Positions 58,808-64,000 of a stretch of 64,000 nt of DNA are shown here, one piece after another (position 1 is the first letter of the stretch; each line of letters begins with the position of its first letter). The translations under genes and the position numbers were made by a program. The notes below the pieces were generated by a model that worked only from the letters and a program-made list of their open reading frames with translations, was not told where the DNA came from and did not search any database. The stretch is from positions 9,380 through 73,379 of the forward strand of contig JAUIBT010000020.1 in assembly GCA_030428255.1 (NCBI GenBank), written 5' to 3'. Origin of the DNA: Alphaproteobacteria bacterium (lineage in GTDB: Bacteria; Pseudomonadota; Alphaproteobacteria; UBA7985; JAUIBT01).

Positions 58808-60502
58808 TCAGTCTTCGCTGATCGCGATGAAAAAGTGCCAGCCATCCAGGGCCAGGTTCGGTGTGTCAGGCGCGGTTTGGCCGCCCAGGTCGCTGGCGAC
58901 AGCGCGCCAGGTGCCCGCTGGCAGCCGAGCGCTGGCAGCCTGCGGTGAAAGGTTAAAGGCGCAGAACAGGCGCTGGTCACCCAAGCGGCGTTCGAAGGTC
59001 AAGATGGGGCCTTGGGCTTGCATGGCCTCTTGGCTGCCTTGCGCCAGCGCGGGGTAGACACGTCGCAGCGCGGCGAGGTGGCGGTAGTGCTGCAACAAAG
59101 CGCTGGGGTCCGCGTCTTGGCGGTCGGCGGCAAGGCTGGTGTGGCGGGGGTCGATTGGCAACCAAGTATCCGCGCCCTCGCGCAGCGCGCTGAAGCCCGC
59201 CTGGGGGGCGTCAGACTGCCAGGGCATGGGGGTGCGGCAGCCGTCGCGGCCCTTGAATTCGGGCCAAAACTCTATGCCATAGGGGTCTTGCAGACGTTCA
59301 AAGGGCACCTCGGCCTCCGGCAAACCCAGCTCTTCGCCTTGGTAGAGGCATGCCGTACCCCGCAGGCAGATCATCAAAACAGGCAGGCAGCGGGCGGCTT
59401 GCGCGGACAAACCCCAGCGCGAAATAAAGCGCGGCACGTCGTGGTTTGAGAAAGCCCAGCAGGGCCAAGCGTCACCGGCCACCGCTTCAAGGCGAGCAAA
59501 GACCTGGCTGACATAGTCGGCGGTCAGGGGACGGTTTTCCAAGAACTCAAAGGCGTAGCACATGTGCATGCGCCGATCGCCCTGGGTGTAGGCGGCCATA
59601 ATCTCCAGCCCCCGCTGGGCGTCGCCAACCTCACCCAAACAGGCGCGGTCGTCATAGCTGTCGGTCAGGGCGCGCAGGCGCTCCAAAAAGGCCAGGTTTT
59701 CGGGCTGGGTTTTGGAATAGAGGTGGTCTTGGTGGTTGTAAGGATTGACCATGGGGGCAATCGAGGCGTTGCGCTGATCGTGCGGCAGAGCCGGGTTATC
59801 ACGCAACTGCTTGTCGTGGAAATAGAAGTTGATGGTATCCAAGCGGAAGCCATCCACGCCTTTGTCGAGCCAAAAGCGGGCCACGTCCAACAGTGCGTCT
59901 TGGACCTGCGGGCAATGGAAATTCAGATCCGGCTGTGAGGCCAAGAAGTTGTGCAGGTAGTATTGCAGGCGCCGACTGTCCCACTGCCAGGCCGAGCCGC
60001 CAAAAATCGACAACCAGTTGTTGGGCGGGCTGCCGTCGGGTTTAGGGTCGGCCCACACGTACCAATCTGATTTCGCATTATCGCGGCTGGTCCGGCTTTG
60101 GGCAAACCAGGGATGCTGGTCTGAGGTGTGGGATAAGACCAGATCGATCATGACCTTTAAGCCCAGCTCATGCGCGCGCGCCAAGAGGGCGTCGAAGTCC
60201 TCCATGGTGCCGAACAGTGGGTCGATGCCGCGATAATCGCTGACATCGTAACCAAAGTCCTTCATGGGCGAGGTGAAGAAGGGCGAAATCCAGATTGCGT
60301 CCACGCCCAGCGCGGCCACGTAATCCAAGCGCTGGCGAATGCCTGCCAGATCACCGACGCCATCGCCATTGCTGTCCTGGTAGCTGCGCGGATAGATCTG
60401 ATAGATCAGCCCGCCGCGCCACCAGGGGCTCGTGGCCCCGGCAGGCGTTTGCGCCGCGCCAGCCTTGCTCAAAGAACCAGCCTTGCTCAAAGAAGAGGAC
60501 AC
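58808..60502 (-). CDS. aglA: GH13 alpha-glucosidase
   Basis: WWRGGLIYQIYPRSY, DFGYD, DGFRLDT (nucleophile), GEVG, FSNHD, RDGCRTPM. Confidence 0.92.
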   Translation of the reverse strand: MSSSLSKAGSLSKAGAAQTPAGATSPWWRGGLIYQIYPRSYQDSNGDGVGDLAGIRQRLDYVAALGVDAIWISPFFTSPMKDFGYDVSDYRGIDPLFGTMEDFDALLARAHELGLKVMIDLVLSHTSDQHPWFAQSRTSRDNAKSDWYVWADPKPDGSPPNNWLSIFGGSAWQWDSRRLQYYLHNFLASQPDLNFHCPQVQDALLDVARFWLDKGVDGFRLDTINFYFHDKQLRDNPALPHDQRNASIAPMVNPYNHQDHLYSKTQPENLAFLERLRALTDSYDDRACLGEVGDAQRGLEIMAAYTQGDRRMHMCYAFEFLENRPLTADYVSQVFARLEAVAGDAWPCWAFSNHDVPRFISRWGLSAQAARCLPVLMICLRGTACLYQGEELGLPEAEVPFERLQDPYGIEFWPEFKGRDGCRTPMPWQSDAPQAGFSALREGADTWLPIDPRHTSLAADRQDADPSALLQHYRHLAALRRVYPALAQGSQEAMQAQGPILTFERRLGDQRLFCAFNLSPQAASARLPAGTWRAVASDLGGQTAPDTPNLALDGWHFFIAISED

Positions 60503-60514
60503 AGGCCCGCGCTC

Positions 60515-61663
60515 CTATTTCACCGAGCCAGCCAAGAGGCCGCGCACCAAGTACTTCTGCATGGCGAAGAAGACCGCTAGTGGCACCGCGATTGAGACAA
60601 AAGCGGCTGTCGCCAGGATTTCCCAGTTGCCTCCGAAAGTGCCCAAGAGCTCGATGATATGCTGGGTCATGACCGTGGTTTGGCCGGTGGCGTCGATCAA
60701 GAACACCTTGGCTACCAACAAGTCATTCCAGGTCCACAAAAATTGGAAAATGGCAAAGGACGCCAGGGCCGGAAAGCTGAGCGGCAGGATCAGTTTGACA
60801 AAAATCTGGAAATCGGTGGCACCGTCTACCCGCGCGTTCTCGATGATATCGCGCGGCAAGCCCGCCATATAGTTGCGCAAGAGATAGATCGCCAGTGGCA
60901 TGCCAAAGCCGGTGTGGGCCATCCAAACCCCCAAGTAACCCTTGCCAATGCCAATTTCCAGGTGGAATTTCAGCAAAGGGATAAGCGCCAACTGCAAGGG
61001 CACGACCAGCAAGCCCACCACCGCGGCGACCAAGATGGCACGGCCAGGGAATTCCATCCATGCCAGGGCGTAAGCAGCGAAGGCAGCGACCAAAATGGGA
61101 ATAATGGTCGCTGGGATGGTGACGGTAAAGGTGTTGAGGAAGGCTTTACCCATGCCGCTGGCGCTGCCGTCTTTGAACAGCATATCTTGGTAGTTAAAGA
61201 GGGTGAACTTGGGCGGCTGGGTGGCCGTGACAAAGACCCGGCTGCCACGCGACCCGGTAAAGGGTTCGCTGCTTTCCATGCGATAGCTTCCGTCGACTTG
61301 GACGGTGATGTTTCCGCCCTTGCGCAGCTCGGCAGTATCGCCTGGCTTATAGCTGCCGATGTCGCGCGATGAGATGCCCCAAACCGAGATCTTGGCTTTG
61401 GCCCCATCCTCGAACAACTGACCTTCGATGACATAAAGGCCGTTCTGCTCAACTTGGGTCTCGGGCGCGGCTGAGCGTAGGGTCAAATTCTGCTCGGAAG
61501 GGAATAGGGACTGCCACCAACCATTGGTCGCGATTTGATCGGCGGTGCGAAACGAGGATATGAAAAGCCCAAAGGTCGGGATCAGCCAAAGGATCACCAA
61601 AGCGGCGACGCTAATGTGAACCAACCATGTCAGGGTGGATTTGCTTCCTGCAATATTGTCCAT
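60515..61663 (-). CDS. aglG: Alpha-glucoside ABC permease
   Basis: PTFGLFISSFR, ENARVDGA, FQFLWTWNDL, VRGLLAGSVK. Confidence 0.9.
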   Translation of the reverse strand: MDNIAGSKSTLTWLVHISVAALVILWLIPTFGLFISSFRTADQIATNGWWQSLFPSEQNLTLRSAAPETQVEQNGLYVIEGQLFEDGAKAKISVWGISSRDIGSYKPGDTAELRKGGNITVQVDGSYRMESSEPFTGSRGSRVFVTATQPPKFTLFNYQDMLFKDGSASGMGKAFLNTFTVTIPATIIPILVAAFAAYALAWMEFPGRAILVAAVVGLLVVPLQLALIPLLKFHLEIGIGKGYLGVWMAHTGFGMPLAIYLLRNYMAGLPRDIIENARVDGATDFQIFVKLILPLSFPALASFAIFQFLWTWNDLLVAKVFLIDATGQTTVMTQHIIELLGTFGGNWEILATAAFVSIAVPLAVFFAMQKYLVRGLLAGSVK

Positions 61664-61675
61664 GGGTCGTCTCCT

Positions 61676-62683
61676 CTAGCGCATTTCTTTGCGTGCGTTA
61701 CGCACATTCCAGATCAAAATTGGCGTCACGAGCAGCATGATGACCATAGCCGCCGCGGAGCCAAGGCCCCAATCGTTGGCGCGGAACAGCTTGTCGAACA
61801 TATAGTTGGCCAAGACCTGTGTCTCCCATTGGCCGTTGGTCATGGCGAAGACAATGTCAAAGACCTTGAGCACGGTGATGGTGATGGTGGTCCAGACGAC
61901 AAGAATTGTGGTGCGAATTTGCGGGACTTTGATTTTGAAGAATATTTGCAGCGGACCGGCGCCATCGACAATGGCGGCTTCTATGGTCTCTTCGGGAATG
62001 CCGCGCAGGGCGGCTGATAAAATGACCATCGCAAAGCCGGTCTGGATCCAGATCAAAACGGCCATCAGGAAGAAGTTGTTCCAGATGGGAATCGTCAGCC
62101 ATGTCTGAGGTTCCGTGCCGCCAAAAAAGATGTAGAGCGCGTTCAGCATGCCGATCTGATCTTGCTCGACCGGGCGGGTATCATAAACCAATTTCCAAAT
62201 CACCGCAGCGCCGACAAAGGAGATGGCCATGGGCATGAAAATCAGCGATTTTGCTAGGTTGCCCCAACGAATGCGGTCGGTCAGTTGCGCGGTCAACAGA
62301 CCAAAGGCTGTCGACAACGCAGGGACCACAATCAGCCACATGATGTTGTTGCGCATGGCTTCCCAAAATTTGGGCTCCTTGAGCATTTGTTCGTAATTGG
62401 CAAGTCCGACCCAGGTGTAGCCGCCGCCAGGGACGCGCTCGGTCAAGGACAGGCGCAGTGTCTCGACAACCGGATAGGCCAGGTAGAGGCCCAAAGCGAC
62501 TATGGCAGGCAACAAGAACAGCCAAGGCCGCACCATGTTGGCCCAGTTGATGTTGCGGCCAGCATGCGGGCCCCGGGCTGGGAAGATCACAGTATCCAAC
62601 ACGAGGTTGGATAGATAGAAATAGCCAACGCAGCCGACCACGCCCAGAACGATGGTCACGAGGCCTAAAAGGGCTGGGTTCAT
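61676..62683 (-). CDS. aglF: Alpha-glucoside ABC permease
   Basis: VRPWLFL.P, FMPMAISFVGA, EAAIVDGA, LKVFDIV. Confidence 0.9.
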   Translation of the reverse strand: MNPALLGLVTIVLGVVGCVGYFYLSNLVLDTVIFPARGPHAGRNINWANMVRPWLFLLPAIVALGLYLAYPVVETLRLSLTERVPGGGYTWVGLANYEQMLKEPKFWEAMRNNIMWLIVVPALSTAFGLLTAQLTDRIRWGNLAKSLIFMPMAISFVGAAVIWKLVYDTRPVEQDQIGMLNALYIFFGGTEPQTWLTIPIWNNFFLMAVLIWIQTGFAMVILSAALRGIPEETIEAAIVDGAGPLQIFFKIKVPQIRTTILVVWTTITITVLKVFDIVFAMTNGQWETQVLANYMFDKLFRANDWGLGSAAAMVIMLLVTPILIWNVRNARKEMR

Positions 62684-62865
62684 GGCTGGTCCTCCCGGTT
62701 TTTCTGCCTATGCCGCGTTGTAGGTTGGCGGCGAAGCAAGGCGGTGTGTTCATCGTGCAGCTTGGCGCTGGTGCTGCATGTTGTGTCGGCCGATTGCCAG
62801 ATCATTGAAAAGGGTGCCTGGTTTCAGCCGCCGCCCCTTCGAGATCGCATCATAAGAAAGCGGGC

Positions 62866-62903
62866 AAAAAAAAGGCGACCCGGCTAACCTAGCACAGATC
62901 GCC
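62866..62903 (-). terminator. Terminator or stabilising hairpin between aglE and aglF
   Basis: Minus strand GGCGATCTG...CGGGTCGCC followed by T8. Confidence 0.75.
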
Positions 62904-62922
62904 CCTTTGGTTCATCAAAGGA

Positions 62923-64000
62923 TTACTTCAAAGCATCCCATGAAGCTTGGATTTCGCTGGCTACGTCTTCAGCAGACTTGCCGCCAGCGTAGTCAACCAT
63001 GCCCGTCCAGAAGGACCCAGCACCAACGCCGCCAGGCATCAGGTCAGAGCCGTCAAAGCGGAAGGTGGTGGCACCCAACAGGATGTCGTTCATCTTCTTC
63101 AAAGTCGGGTCAGAGAAAACGCTGGTGTCTACGCCCTTGTGCGGGGTCAAGAAGCCCTTGCGCGCCATCCAGATCTCGTGGGCTTCTGGCGACTGTAGGT
63201 AGGCGATCAAAGCATGTGCGCCGGGGCTGTCGTTGGTGATGGCCCAAACGGTGCCTGCGCCCAAGACTGGAGAGCCCAGGTCCTTGCCAGCGTAAGCGGG
63301 GAAGTAGAAGAAGTCTGCATCTTCACCCACTGAGGTGCCCTCTGGGAAGAACGCAGGGATGAAAGACGCCTGGCGGTGCATGTAGCACTGCGGCGGAGAG
63401 GAGAACAGACCCTTGGGGCTGTCGCGGAAGTCGGTTGAAGCAACCGCGCCAGAGCCGCCAGCGACGTAGTCGTCGTTGCGAGCAAATGCGCCGAACTCTT
63501 CAATCGCTGCAACGACTTTGGGGTCGTTAAACTTCAGCTCGTTCTTAACCCAAGCGTCGTAGTCTGCTGGAGACTGCGTGCGCAGCATCAGGTCCTCAAC
63601 CCAGTCGGTTGCGGGCCAGCCGGTCGCGCCGCCAGACCCCAGACCGATACACCAAGGGGTTCCACCGTCGGCAACGATTTGATCGCTCAACGCCTTCAGC
63701 TCTTCCATGGTGGTGGGGACTTCGTAGCCAGCGTCCTCAAAGTTCTCAGGGCTGTACCAGACCAAAGACTTCACATCGACTTTGTAGAAGAAGCCATAAA
63801 GGTTGTCTGCGCCATCAGGACCAGCATAGGTGCCCAAATCAACCCAAGATTGACCCGCGGCATAGTTTTCGCGCACCCAATCGTCCGTGCCAGCAGCCAG
63901 CGGGGTCAGGAAACCGCCCTTAGCCATGTCGCCCGCAAGGCCAGGCTGGGGGAAGGCTGCAACGTTTGGAGCTGAGCCAGCTTCCGCGTCGATGCGGATC
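62923..64000 (-). CDS. aglE: Alpha-glucoside ABC substrate-binding protein (5' end lies outside the window)
   Basis: Frame is open to the window edge (IRIDAEAGSAPNVAAFPQPG). Motifs KSLVWY, WCIGLGSGGATGWPATDWVED and FRFDGSDLMP. Confidence 0.9.
   Translation of the reverse strand, partial: IRIDAEAGSAPNVAAFPQPGLAGDMAKGGFLTPLAAGTDDWVRENYAAGQSWVDLGTYAGPDGADNLYGFFYKVDVKSLVWYSPENFEDAGYEVPTTMEELKALSDQIVADGGTPWCIGLGSGGATGWPATDWVEDLMLRTQSPADYDAWVKNELKFNDPKVVAAIEEFGAFARNDDYVAGGSGAVASTDFRDSPKGLFSSPPQCYMHRQASFIPAFFPEGTSVGEDADFFYFPAYAGKDLGSPVLGAGTVWAITNDSPGAHALIAYLQSPEAHEIWMARKGFLTPHKGVDTSVFSDPTLKKMNDILLGATTFRFDGSDLMPGGVGAGSFWTGMVDYAGGKSAEDVASEIQASWDALK

Overview
A GC-rich alphaproteobacterial chromosomal window. 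Core genes: pccB, mmsA with a LysR regulator, carD, fdxA, terC, soxBDAG with a GlxA-type regulator, frameshifted prfB, trxB, rpmF, bioY, rpsU/COQ9 and mdh-sucCD. Accessory catabolic and transport modules: cobalt-type nitrile hydratase, a GST pair, malonyl-CoA decarboxylase with a DSD1-type PLP enzyme, a peptide ABC system, a quinate/shikimate cluster and aglEFGAK. I found no rRNA, tRNA, transposase, phage or cas genes. Main observations not explained by these genes: (1) a REP-like hairpin repeat family that starts at stop codons, with an 8x45-bp array after aglK, a 35-bp internally deleted array after fdxA, and single heads after trxB and near soxG; (2) a degenerate double-HD/LuxR regulator followed by a perfect palindrome and an Arg-less Rid gene with a signal peptide and two possible starts; (3) a metallophosphatase homolog missing most metal ligands; (4) a LigE-like GST coupled to a Nu-class GST; (5) a 48-aa DUF1127 gene missed by the ORF track; (6) many unrelated short tandem duplications. 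All family assignments are from motif recognition by eye; no searches were run.
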